Shown: piece after piece, positions 30,116 to 39,554 of the stretch
Layout: each line of letters begins with the position of its first letter
Position numbering within the stretch: the stretch's first letter is position 1
Made by a program: the position numbers and the translations under genes
Notes under the pieces: generated by a model
Database searches by the model: none
Seen by the model: only the letters and a program-made list of their open reading frames with translations
Told to the model about the DNA's origin: nothing
NCBI GenBank assembly: GCA_049325595.1
Contig: JBMOLF010000015.1
Span: forward strand, 96,001 to 160,000
Origin: Candidatus Babelota bacterium
Lineage (GTDB): Bacteria > Babelota > Babeliae > Babelales > Vermiphilaceae
Length of the DNA: 64,000 nt
Direction of reading: 5' to 3'

Positions 30116-31012
30116 CTAACTATTAGATGCAAATTGTTTGTAGTATGACAATTTTGGTAAAATACTTTTAATTTCTTTGATCCGCTTGAAGGGTGCAAGA
30201 ATTTCTTTTTTATTGTCAAAAAACTTCTGCTTTTTTTCATTTATATGATATAAGCATATGCGATTGTGAGCTTTTAAATGTTGTTCGATTTGTTCTATTT
30301 CTTTTACCGATAAATAGCCATATTTGGTGATATCTTCTTTTCTTTTTTGCTCTCTTTTTTTTGTGTCGCTAGCGCATACAAAGCAATTGGTGGCATATAG
30401 TCCTTCAGTGTCAGCGCGGTGCTCACAGTAATAACTATATTTTGCTGTATAATAGACCGATGATAATGCTATGATTATTGTCGCTGCATCAATTACATCA
30501 TGTTTGTTACAAAACGTTTTTGCGATTTGATTTCCTGCGGTAGCTATCAATGCCCATGTACCTAAAGCAACTACCTTACTCGGTCCATCAGCGTATTTGA
30601 TATGAACTGCTTCATGATGCAATACATGATTTCTTGAACCATAAGATTGATTATTGTATGAATTCTCATTAACGTAAATACTACCGTTTGTAGCATGAAC
30701 TAAACCAGCAAATTCTACATTATTAGCTCTTTTAATTGGTACCGTTAATTTAGGATGAGTTCCTAAATCAATTTGAGCTTGTTTGCCTAAATGTTGATAT
30801 TCTGCCGATGCTGTTCCATGATTTATTCTGAGAATCTTACCTAATAACCAATCAAGGGGGCGAGCTAAATATTTTACTACTTGTGCTGCATACGAATTAG
30901 TAAAATAAGCTTGAAATCGATCAAAGCGATTTGGTTTATACAAATCACTTGCTGTTGCATTGGCCATGCCCAAAGCAAGAACAATTCCTAATAATGCTGA
31001 TTTAAACTGCAT
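30116..31012 (-). CDS. Secreted HEXXH zinc metalloprotease-like protein
   Basis: HHEAVHIKY, EHRAD, CxxC...GYL...CxxH; signal peptide. Confidence 0.75.
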   Translation of the reverse strand: MQFKSALLGIVLALGMANATASDLYKPNRFDRFQAYFTNSYAAQVVKYLARPLDWLLGKILRINHGTASAEYQHLGKQAQIDLGTHPKLTVPIKRANNVEFAGLVHATNGSIYVNENSYNNQSYGSRNHVLHHEAVHIKYADGPSKVVALGTWALIATAGNQIAKTFCNKHDVIDAATIIIALSSVYYTAKYSYYCEHRADTEGLYATNCFVCASDTKKREQKRKEDITKYGYLSVKEIEQIEQHLKAHNRICLYHINEKKQKFFDNKKEILAPFKRIKEIKSILPKLSYYKQFASNS

Positions 31013-31031
31013 ATAACCTCCACAGGCAGTA

Positions 31032-32063
31032 TTAATCTAATTTGGGGCACACATTCTTGATAATATTTTCAAGTGACTTACTAATAACTTCGGCGCTTTG
31101 TTTGGTGTATCCACCTGATAATGTCATGACTATGGGAATGTTATTTTTAATCGCAGATTCTATTACCAATTGATCTCGTATTATAACACCTTGCGCGGTT
31201 ATGCTCATGCCGCCCAGAGGATCGCCAATTAAAATATCAGTTCCTGCATTGTATATGATAAGTTGTGGTTTGTGATTAGCAATTGCTTGGTCAACAGCAG
31301 TTTTTACTTTTTCTAAATATTCTGCATCTTCTGTTTTCCATTCGAGCGGTATACGGTATTGTACATCAAATTGAGTAAGATAATCATGGAATGTTGGATA
31401 ATTATATTTGCCATACGAGTCAATCAACGCTACACGAGGATCGTTTCTTAATAGGGTTGAATTACCATTTCCTTGGTGAGCATCAAGGTCAATTATGACT
31501 ACTTTAAGCTCAGGATGATTTTTCCAAAGTTTGTTAATAGCTAAAGGTATGTCAGCAAAGAAGCAAAATCCTTCGCCTTGATTTGCTTTAGCGTGGTGAT
31601 ATCCGCCAGAAAGGTTAAATGCTAACCCATGTTGCATTGCTAACTCAGCAGCTAAAATAGTTCCTGCTGTTGCATACTTCATAGGTTCTAATATTTTTTT
31701 TCGTAATAAAAAATTTGGCATAATTCGCAATAAGGGTACACCTGCTACTTGTGCAATCACATGAGAGTTTTTTAAGCTTTCTAAATAGGGTGATTTATGT
31801 ATGGCAAGTAATTGCTCGTCCGTAATAATAGTTGGTGTATGAATAGCGCTCTTAGAAATAAGATTATTTTTGGTTAAATAATTGAATGTTTTGCTGTATT
31901 TGTGAGTGTCAAAATAGTGCAAAATTTTTTCAAGCCCAAAAAATGAAATATCATAATTTTTATGATATATAATTTGTGGATTATATGAAAATGGTGACGA
32001 GTAGATATTTATTGCGCAGAAACTTGTTAGCAAAGCTAATAGTACGTATCTTTTTGTTATCAT
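31032..32063 (-). CDS. Histone deacetylase family protein (HDAC11/class IV-like) with signal peptide
   Basis: GGYHHA, GFCFFAD, DLDAHQGNG, YNAGTD..GDPLG, SGGY. Confidence 0.92.
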   Translation of the reverse strand: MITKRYVLLALLTSFCAINIYSSPFSYNPQIIYHKNYDISFFGLEKILHYFDTHKYSKTFNYLTKNNLISKSAIHTPTIITDEQLLAIHKSPYLESLKNSHVIAQVAGVPLLRIMPNFLLRKKILEPMKYATAGTILAAELAMQHGLAFNLSGGYHHAKANQGEGFCFFADIPLAINKLWKNHPELKVVIIDLDAHQGNGNSTLLRNDPRVALIDSYGKYNYPTFHDYLTQFDVQYRIPLEWKTEDAEYLEKVKTAVDQAIANHKPQLIIYNAGTDILIGDPLGGMSITAQGVIIRDQLVIESAIKNNIPIVMTLSGGYTKQSAEVISKSLENIIKNVCPKLD

Positions 32064-32086
32064 AATTTTTTCCTTATCAATAACTC

Positions 32087-32638
32087 TTATCCAAAGCGAT
32101 ATTCCACAATAGTACCGTTTACTTGCTCACGTATGTTAAATATTTGATTGGTTTTTTTATCTTTACGGCATAATTGGTAATCGAACATATGGTTAGGTCT
32201 TTGCGTAATCAAAGCTTTATAATAAGAGTGTTTATACTCAAATCTTGAAGAAAGATTGGTTGTAGTTTCCCCATTTAGCAATTGATCTATTGTATCGTGA
32301 ATTTGTTTTATAACTTCTTTAGTTTCTGCCAAAACCTCATTATTATAAGCACTATCTTCAATGCTTGGTGCTTTAATAGTATTGTTAGATGTTGCGGATG
32401 GAGTAGATGTTTTTTTGATGTATTTAATAAGACTTATCGCTGCAATTGTACCAATAGCGCCGCCTATTACAAGCTTGGGATTATTGGTAATTTTATTTAA
32501 AAGATAATCGCTCGATTGGCCAGCAATTTTTGATAGGGTGCTTAATGCCGTAGAAGCTTTATCCTGCCAACCGGCATGTGCGGACTGATTTGCAAGAAAT
32601 AATCCGGCCATAAGAACAGATATAGTAAAAAATTTCAT
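32087..32638 (-). CDS. Secreted/membrane hypothetical protein
   Basis: GGAGG RBS, signal peptide ending AHA, one internal TM. Confidence 0.7.
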   Translation of the reverse strand: MKFFTISVLMAGLFLANQSAHAGWQDKASTALSTLSKIAGQSSDYLLNKITNNPKLVIGGAIGTIAAISLIKYIKKTSTPSATSNNTIKAPSIEDSAYNNEVLAETKEVIKQIHDTIDQLLNGETTTNLSSRFEYKHSYYKALITQRPNHMFDYQLCRKDKKTNQIFNIREQVNGTIVEYRFG

Positions 32639-32903
32639 AAATAACCTCCAAAAATATATATCAATATAGACTACCAGTTTTGATATTTTTTTCAATTTGA
32701 ATATAATTGCGGGTGTTTAAGGCTAATTATTTATGCTAAAATAATCCAGTTTTAATATATATAACTATGGAGAAGCATGAGATACTTGTTTTTTGTTAAA
32801 AATGGTGCTTTAGGGTTATTGATACATTTTTTATAAAAAATTTAAGGTATTTTTCTAATTTATAAGAGAAGAGGAAGCAAATCCAACTTCCTCTTATGTA
32901 ATC

Positions 32904-32942
32904 TTAGCTAATGTCAGCATCGATTGGGTTGTCAGATTTTTT
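32904..32942 (-). repeat. Relic copy 3 of dnaK 3' end (KKSDN-PIDADIS*)
   Basis: ttagctaatgtcagcatcgattgggttgtcagatt vs dnaK 37309 ttagctaatgtctgcatcaattggaccattgtcagatt; followed by hairpin at ~32870-32895. Confidence 0.88.
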
Positions 32943-33708
32943 GCAAATGATGCATACAAAGACTATTTGTTTGCTTGAGCTTTTTTGCAATAGATTTTAA
33001 TTCAGAATGTGAAGCATAACCGTACTCACTATGGTCGGTTGAGGCAGTAACATATTCCTTAAGGCAGTGGTAGCATTGTGTCGCATGTGCACCTTCTATA
33101 TCAGCTCTATGTTCAGCATACCGGTGATATTTTTTCGACACAGCAATAGCTGTCAGTATTTCAGCGATGGAAGAAAAAAATTTTGTGCGTTTGTTTTGCG
33201 CAAATATTTTTGAAATAGTAAATCTGCTTGCATAATAACCGGAGAACCAACAGAGCAGCATGCTTATTGAATCATCATATTTATAATGAATTGCTTCATG
33301 ATGCATGATAAATCTTTTGAACCCATAAAAGGGTGAGTATTGTAATGCTGTTTCATTTACGAAAATACCCTCTGAGTTAGTTAAAGCAACAGTCTCATAA
33401 TTAAAAAATTTCTTTCTAAAATTTGATGTATAAGTAGTTTTTACCGGTGGTAAAGTAAGTAGTGGTCCATTAAGAGATTGTTTAACTTCATTAGCAAGTT
33501 GCTGGTATTCTTCTGACGCAATCGAATCACTTAATCCCAGAGGTTTTTTTATAATTGTATGAACAACATGCATGAATTTTTTTATCGGAATTAATATTTT
33601 GGAATGTGCTAAATAAGTTTGGCATTTGTCAAATTGATTTGGCTCGTTACTAAAACAAACGTTAAAGAAAAATAATAAAGTGATTAATGAGAATTTTTTT
33701 ATTTGCAT
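32932..33708 (-). CDS. Secreted HEXXH metalloprotease-like protein, paralogue of 30116
   Basis: HHEAIHYKY, EHRAD, CYHC...GYA...CMHH; stop codon lies inside dnaK relic 3. Confidence 0.75.
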   Translation of the reverse strand: MQIKKFSLITLLFFFNVCFSNEPNQFDKCQTYLAHSKILIPIKKFMHVVHTIIKKPLGLSDSIASEEYQQLANEVKQSLNGPLLTLPPVKTTYTSNFRKKFFNYETVALTNSEGIFVNETALQYSPFYGFKRFIMHHEAIHYKYDDSISMLLCWFSGYYASRFTISKIFAQNKRTKFFSSIAEILTAIAVSKKYHRYAEHRADIEGAHATQCYHCLKEYVTASTDHSEYGYASHSELKSIAKKLKQTNSLCMHHLQKI

Positions 33709-33828
33709 GAATCTCCTTTTTTTGGCAAATCTTAGTGTACAAAAATCAAAACTTCAACAGACTAAAATAATTGAATAAACAGAGAAAACCTTCTTATCAA
33801 TTTTATCAGATCAACAGCTATTCTTAAA

Positions 33829-34545
33829 TTAAAAATAATGCATAGTCGATTTTAATTCTTTAATATAAGACAATTGTCGCTGATAGGTATCTAAAAATTG
33901 ATCTTCATTGTGTGGATTAAGGCCAATAAGAAGATTGCCTAATCCATATATAAATATAATCAAGGAGACAGCAGATCCCCATCCAAGTACGAGTTCTAAA
34001 TTATTAAGATTTATTTTTGCTTGAAAAAGAGTATTTAGTTTATGAGAATTCAAGAAACGTCGGCCAGAAACAAATAAAGCTCCGCAGAATGTCTCAACCC
34101 GCATCCCTTGTTGCTGAAATTCTTTTTTAATAAAATTAAATTTTGATTTACTTTGCGTATACCATTTCTTGTAACTAATATAAAGCAAATAATTTAGCCC
34201 AGAACTGATGGCTATTGATATACATCCGTTGCGAATTGATTTATAATCGTACCTTTTGTTTTTAAATGATTCAATTCTTTTGATCCTCATTTCAAGTTTA
34301 TTTTCTAAGTCTAGCAATAATCCAAATTTATCTAATTCAAGAGATAATGAATCTAATGCGCTCTTAATCATTTCTTGAAATGTTTGATCATTAATATTTT
34401 TACTTTTGTTGAGAAATGCATTTGTGTCTTCTCTTAACAAAGTATAAGACAAAGGATGATTGTAAAAAAATGAATAGTTGTTGGAAGTTGTAGTAACCAA
34501 TATTAAAAATATAATTTTTAAAATTAAGCTCTTAACTAAATACAT
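33829..34545 (-). CDS. Hypothetical membrane protein
   Basis: N-terminal hydrophobic segment and two TM-like stretches. Confidence 0.65.
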   Translation of the reverse strand: MYLVKSLILKIIFLILVTTTSNNYSFFYNHPLSYTLLREDTNAFLNKSKNINDQTFQEMIKSALDSLSLELDKFGLLLDLENKLEMRIKRIESFKNKRYDYKSIRNGCISIAISSGLNYLLYISYKKWYTQSKSKFNFIKKEFQQQGMRVETFCGALFVSGRRFLNSHKLNTLFQAKINLNNLELVLGWGSAVSLIIFIYGLGNLLIGLNPHNEDQFLDTYQRQLSYIKELKSTMHYF

Positions 34546-34717
34546 TGATTTCTCATAAAGGTTTTATTTAACACTCATTTTTATAATATAACAGTTTTGG
34601 AAAATACTTTTATATTCGTTATTTAAGTCTAGAGTTTTATTATTTTTTATTAGTACAATTGATTTCGTGTAAGGTCAATTATTAAGAGTGCAAATAATAA
34701 GATGTTTTTAAAGAAAA

Positions 34718-34742
34718 AAGGGAACCTTTTAGGGTTCCCTTA
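34718..34742 (-). terminator. Terminator following dnaK relic 2
   Basis: aagggaacc...ggttccctt, homologous to hairpin at 35670-35694. Confidence 0.75.
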
Positions 34743-34763
34743 AGTTTTATGGCTAACCAGATC

Positions 34764-34826
34764 TTAGCTAATGTCAGCATCTATTGGGCCATTGTCAGAC
34801 TTTTTGTCGTCTGATTCTGGTTGTTG
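34764..34826 (-). repeat. Relic copy 2 of dnaK 3' end
   Basis: Encodes [20 protein letters not shown] vs Dna[21 protein letters not shown]; mostly third-position differences. Confidence 0.93.
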
Positions 34827-35546
34827 TCTTATTTCATAAGAATGATCATTTTTTTTGAAAATTACAAAATCTGCATATTGTTTAGTTGGAGCTATTGTTT
34901 TATGATAGTCTTCCATATCCCATTTTATATCTTCATCAAATTTTTCACGTGTTCGTGCTTTTTCTGGTGTTCTCAGTTCTCTTTTCCAATTCCATTCAAT
35001 AATATCTGTGTCATCAGCATCAAGAAAAACTCTTATACTGCTATATTTTAAAAAGTCATAACTTGTAGAGTCACACAAACAATAAATGCCTTCAAATAAG
35101 ATGAGATTAACATTATGAAAACAAGCAACTTCTGTATCTTTAGTGCTCACTTTTTCTGCGTGATCCCAGATTGGTTTTTCGATGTGTTCTTCTCCTGAAA
35201 TAATTTTCGAGAGAGTATCATGTAGTTTTATGTGATCGAAATTTTTATGGATTAATGGATTTTCTACCGGGGTAGGTTGTAGAAAGTCATCAGCCTTTAA
35301 AATTTTTACTTTAACCCCTTGCTGGCGCAATAATTTTGAAAGTTTTCTGGTGAAATAACTTTTGCCTACGGCAGAACAACCGGCAATGGCAATGATAGGT
35401 TTTGAAGAGGTAGGATTATCTGCGTGTTGTTGTGCTAATTTTTTTGCTTGTTCTAATAAAGGAGTGCATATAATTTCAAAATTATCTTCGCTTGCTTTAA
35501 TACTACTAATTAGGCTTAAAATCAAAATAATAGTAATTTTGTACAT
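34764..35546 (-). CDS. Uridine/pantothenate kinase-like P-loop protein, secreted, fused to DnaK C-terminal tail
   Basis: IAIAGCSAVGKS, ADDF, LFEGIY, IAPTKQYAD; ends [18 protein letters not shown]. Confidence 0.82.
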   Translation of the reverse strand: MYKITIILILSLISSIKASEDNFEIICTPLLEQAKKLAQQHADNPTSSKPIIAIAGCSAVGKSYFTRKLSKLLRQQGVKVKILKADDFLQPTPVENPLIHKNFDHIKLHDTLSKIISGEEHIEKPIWDHAEKVSTKDTEVACFHNVNLILFEGIYCLCDSTSYDFLKYSSIRVFLDADDTDIIEWNWKRELRTPEKARTREKFDEDIKWDMEDYHKTIAPTKQYADFVIFKKNDHSYEIRQQPESDDKKSDNGPIDADIS

Positions 35547-35669
35547 ACTGACCTTTTTTTGTTAATAAAATTTTTTAAATCACAAAAGTTTAATACAAAA
35601 TTATTATCAGAGCAATGGCCTAACGCTATAAGCTATACAAAATACCTAATTGCAATGTTTAAAGAAAAA

Positions 35670-35694
35670 AAGGGAACCTTTTGAGGGCTCCCTT
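35670..35694 (-). terminator. Terminator following dnaK relic 1
   Basis: aagggaacc...ggctccctt with T-run on minus strand. Confidence 0.7.
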
Positions 35695-35718
35695 ATCGTA
35701 TAAGTGCTAATCTACTAT

Positions 35719-35825
35719 TTAGCTAATGTCTGCATCAATTGGACCATTGTCAGATTTAGTATCATCTAATTCTGGTTTTTGTTCTGCACCTTCAGCGCCG
35801 CCTTATTTGTATAACAATTCAGCTA
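35719..35825 (-). repeat. Relic copy 1 of dnaK 3' end (107 bp, non-coding)
   Basis: Aligns ungapped to 37309-37415 with 6 transitions, one giving CAA>TAA. Confidence 0.96.
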
Positions 35826-35959
35826 GTTTTGTATATTGTTGAATAAATATGCATTAGTAATCGATGCCTGAGTTTAACGCATTTCTCTATTGAAGCATCA
35901 AATTGACAAAATCTTAAAATAATATATTCTAATAGAAACAATAAAGCGGGGGAAGAATT

Positions 35960-37177
35960 ATGAATAAAAAATTACTTTATGTTTTTTTAGTTGCATTTCT
36001 TTTTGATCATGGTTCGATTAGTTCGGCTGAAAAAAATTCCAAATTAATCTTTAATACGCCACTTAGTAATAGATTAAAAAAAGATTTTTTTCTTCAAGCT
36101 ACGCAAAAAAAGTCATGGGAAAAATCTTGCGAGCACATTTACAATAAATATTCCAATAACAAAAAAGACATAAGTCCTTTGGGTGTAGGTTTAGATGTAA
36201 CAAATCAAATCTCTTTCAATAGTCAACACGCAAACAAATCTCAAACTGATGCTTATTTATCTGTGATTAGTTTTAATAAGAGTCTATTTTGGCCAATAAT
36301 AGAGAGATGCAACATGCAATTGTTAATTAAAAAAATGATTGAACAAGAACGCATTATGGCAAAAACGCATTATGTTTTTTATCATGGTCAGAATAATACC
36401 TTTATCTTGTTGCAAGATATATTAAAAGAATTTGCTCAATTGAATTCTCAACATACCACCAATGAGAATTTTGAATTTTTACGATCACCATTTTCATCTC
36501 TAAGCGGCACTACAGTTCAAGATTTTCTAAAGGAAACGTTGGAAAAGTATCCATGCAGTAATTACGACAAAAAACCTGATATTAGCTGTCATCTTATTTC
36601 AGCTAATTTAAGTATTTTTGGTAATGAAACGCGCAACGGTGAAAATTCACTTTTTTATTTTTTGACTAACTACAGTTCATCACTAAATGATTTAAAAAAA
36701 ATTATTACTGAACTATTTATCAAGCTTAATATTGATCAAAATCATGTAGACAAGGTAATCAATACATACAAGCCCTTATTCAACAAATCAAATTATGGCC
36801 TTATGCAGCAGATTTTCATTCCAAAAAACCTTGTTGATTCTTGTGTTTATTTATCAGAGCCCTTTGGTATTCCTTACAAAGAGCAAATTGATAAAAATAC
36901 TTTTGATACTGTAAAGCGTATGCATACCAAAATTTCTTCTATTTTGGAGTTATACCAAAAAGAACCTGAAGCACTCAACAAGTCAACTTGGTACAAGTGG
37001 TTCACGCTATCAGAGAGTCATTTGATGAAAATGCAAGCCCGAATTTTAATGACTAAGGATATAATGCTAAATCCCAACAGTGGTGTAAAAATTTATCGAC
37101 ACCATAAATTTGATGTTGAGGTATACAATCAGTGTAAAGCAGAGTTGAGAAAAATTATTAATTTAATAAGATCATAA
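35960..37177 (+). CDS. Secreted hypothetical protein (YVFYHG motif)
   Basis: 405-aa ORF, signal peptide, TTGACA...TATTCT promoter-like sequence and GGGGG RBS upstream. Confidence 0.75.
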   Translation: MNKKLLYVFLVAFLFDHGSISSAEKNSKLIFNTPLSNRLKKDFFLQATQKKSWEKSCEHIYNKYSNNKKDISPLGVGLDVTNQISFNSQHANKSQTDAYLSVISFNKSLFWPIIERCNMQLLIKKMIEQERIMAKTHYVFYHGQNNTFILLQDILKEFAQLNSQHTTNENFEFLRSPFSSLSGTTVQDFLKETLEKYPCSNYDKKPDISCHLISANLSIFGNETRNGENSLFYFLTNYSSSLNDLKKIITELFIKLNIDQNHVDKVINTYKPLFNKSNYGLMQQIFIPKNLVDSCVYLSEPFGIPYKEQIDKNTFDTVKRMHTKISSILELYQKEPEALNKSTWYKWFTLSESHLMKMQARILMTKDIMLNPNSGVKIYRHHKFDVEVYNQCKAELRKIINLIRS

Positions 37178-37253
37178 ACACGATAATAACAATTAAGAAA
37201 AAAAAGCTTGCTTAGTACAAGTAAAAAAAATTTTTCCTTGTAATTTAGAAACA

Positions 37254-37281
37254 AGAGAGGGGCGTAAAGCGCCCCTCTCTT
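37254..37281 (-). terminator. dnaK terminator
   Basis: agagaggggcg-taaag-cgcccctctct. Confidence 0.8.
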
Positions 37282-37308
37282 TATATTTACTACTGGCCTA
37301 AAACAACA

Positions 37309-39192
37309 TTAGCTAATGTCTGCATCAATTGGACCATTGTCAGATTTGGTATCATCTGATTCTGGTTTTTGTTCTGCGCCTTCAGCGCCACCTTGTTTGT
37401 ACAACAATTCAGCTACTTTGTGAGACGCTTTGAGCAATTCATCGTGAGCTTTTTGCAATTCTTCTGCATTATGCTCATGTTCTTTGAGTGCAGATTTAGC
37501 TTTATCGATTGCTTGTTGCAGATCTTGTGCATCTTGAGCAGGGATTTTTTCTTTATTCTCTGCTAAGGTTTTTTCGATTTGCAAGATGGTGCCATCAAGT
37601 TGATTTCTTTTTTCAACTGTTTCACGGGCTTTTTTGTCTTCAGCTTCGTGTGCTTTTGCATCTTGTACCATGCGATCGATTTCTTCTTTGCTTAAGCCGC
37701 TGCTGCTGGTAATAGTGATTTTTTGCTCTTTACCAGAAGCTTTGTCTTTTGCAGAAACATGTACAATACCGTTAGCATCGATGTCAAACGACACTTCAAC
37801 TTGTGGAACGCCACGAGGAGCGGCAGGAATACCTTCTAATCTGAATTGGCCAAGCATTTTGTTATCTTTGGCAAATTCACGCTCACCTTGGAATACACGA
37901 ATATCTACGGCTGTTTGATTATCTTCAGCAGTTGAGAATACTTGTGATTTCTTGGTTGGGATTGTGGTATTACGTTCAATTAACTTGGTCATCACGCCGC
38001 CAAGGGTTTCAATACCAAGTGACAACGGAGTAACGTCAAGCAAGAGTACATCCGTTACTTCACCTGCTAATACACCACCTTGAATTGCAGCGCCAACGGC
38101 TACTACTTCATCAGGGTTTACTGATTTGTTAGGTTCTTTACCAAAGAACTCTTTAACTAATTGCTGTACTTTTGGAATACGGGTTGAACCACCAACTAAG
38201 ATAACTTCGTCAATTTGGCTTGGGCTTAATTGTGCATCAGCAAGTGCGCGTTTGCATGGTTCGAGTAAGCGTTTGAAAATGTCTGAGCAAAGAGACTCAA
38301 GTTTTGCACGAGATAATTTGATATTCAAGTGCTTAGGACCGGTTGCATCAGCAGTGATGTAAGGCAAATTGATATCGGTTTCGTGTAAGGTTGAAAGCTC
38401 TTTTTTTGCTTTCTCAGCCGCTTCTTTTAAGCGCTGTAACGCCATGCTATCTTTAGTAAGATCGATGCCTTGCTCTTTTTTAAATTCATCAGCAATGTAA
38501 TCGATTAACACATGGTCAACGTCGTCACCACCAAGATGGGTGTCGCCATTGGTTGAGCGCACTTCGATAACGCCATCATTAATTTCTAGGACTGAAATAT
38601 CAAATGTACCACCACCAAAGTCAAACACGGCAATAGTACCACTTTTTTTCTTATCAAAGCCATAGGCTAATGCTGCTGCAGTAGGCTCGTTGATGATACG
38701 TTTTACTTCTAAGCCTGCAATGCGACCTGCGTCTTTGGTTGCTTGACGTTGTGAGTCGTTAAAATAAGCAGGTACCGTAATTACCGCTTCGGTAACTTTT
38801 TCGCCTAAAAACTCTTCAGCGGTTTGCTTGAGTTCGCTCAAAATAGCCGCAGATATTTCTTGTGGGGTATATTCTTTGCCTTGTGCGACGATAGCAATGT
38901 CGCCATTGCTGCGCTTTACTATTTTGTAAGGCATTTTTTTGATTTCATTGGTCATTTCATCATATTGATGGCCAATGAAACGCTTAACTGAATAAATGGT
39001 GTTTTCAGGGTTGGTAACTGCTTGACGTTTTGCTAAGGTACCTACCAAACGTTTGCCATCTTTGGTAAATGCAACGATAGAAGGGGTTGTATTTGAACCA
39101 TCTTTATTAGGAATAACTTTCGGGGTACCACCTTCCATGAAGGCTACTACCGAGTTGGTTGTTCCTAAATCTATGCCAATTATTTTTGCCAT
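37309..39192 (-). CDS. dnaK: Molecular chaperone DnaK
   Basis: [42 protein letters not shown], substrate-binding domain. Confidence 0.99.
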   Translation of the reverse strand: MAKIIGIDLGTTNSVVAFMEGGTPKVIPNKDGSNTTPSIVAFTKDGKRLVGTLAKRQAVTNPENTIYSVKRFIGHQYDEMTNEIKKMPYKIVKRSNGDIAIVAQGKEYTPQEISAAILSELKQTAEEFLGEKVTEAVITVPAYFNDSQRQATKDAGRIAGLEVKRIINEPTAAALAYGFDKKKSGTIAVFDFGGGTFDISVLEINDGVIEVRSTNGDTHLGGDDVDHVLIDYIADEFKKEQGIDLTKDSMALQRLKEAAEKAKKELSTLHETDINLPYITADATGPKHLNIKLSRAKLESLCSDIFKRLLEPCKRALADAQLSPSQIDEVILVGGSTRIPKVQQLVKEFFGKEPNKSVNPDEVVAVGAAIQGGVLAGEVTDVLLLDVTPLSLGIETLGGVMTKLIERNTTIPTKKSQVFSTAEDNQTAVDIRVFQGEREFAKDNKMLGQFRLEGIPAAPRGVPQVEVSFDIDANGIVHVSAKDKASGKEQKITITSSSGLSKEEIDRMVQDAKAHEAEDKKARETVEKRNQLDGTILQIEKTLAENKEKIPAQDAQDLQQAIDKAKSALKEHEHNAEELQKAHDELLKASHKVAELLYKQGGAEGAEQKPESDDTKSDNGPIDADIS

Positions 39193-39268
39193 GGATTTAG
39201 CCCTTTAGTTTTATAGTTGGTTTTCGTTAAAAATATTTGATTTTAATAATCTCATAAAATCCCTATAA

Positions 39269-39298
39269 ATTATAGATAAAACATACCCCCTCTGTCAA
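39269..39298 (-). promoter_or_regulatory. sigma70-type dnaK promoter
   Basis: Minus strand TTGACA (39298-39293), 18 nt, TATAAT (39274-39269). Confidence 0.75.
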
Positions 39299-39315
39299 AC
39301 AAATACTAAAAAAAT

Positions 39316-39334
39316 CTTAGTCTTTTACACTAAG
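39316..39334. promoter_or_regulatory. HAIR-like HspR operator
   Basis: CTTAGT-N7-ACTAAG perfect inverted repeat just upstream of dnaK -35; HAIR consensus CTTGAGT-N7-ACTCAAG; hspR present in window. Confidence 0.65.
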
Positions 39335-39554
39335 CTTTTATATAAATAAAAATTTAACTTTTAACCTGAATAAATTTATGTAAATTTTTTCTATGTTCGA
39401 TAATGTTTCACACAGGCATAAATAATTATAAGCGTCGCATAACGAAAGTATTCTGTAACAATATTCGATCGACGCACTTGATTGACCTGTTTTTTTTCTG
39501 ATTTTGTTTGCGCGATTTGAGCCCTTATTTATAAGGTTTTTAGGAGTAATTGAT

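Noticed and set aside
37369..38362. Plus-strand ORFs antisense to dnaK, and similar shadow ORFs elsewhere
   Set aside because: Antisense shadows of well-supported genes
39431..39458. dif-like site (gcgtcgcataa-cgaaag-tattctgtaac)
   Set aside because: XerC-like arm only; XerD arm does not match TTATGTTAAAT, and genes diverge rather than converge here
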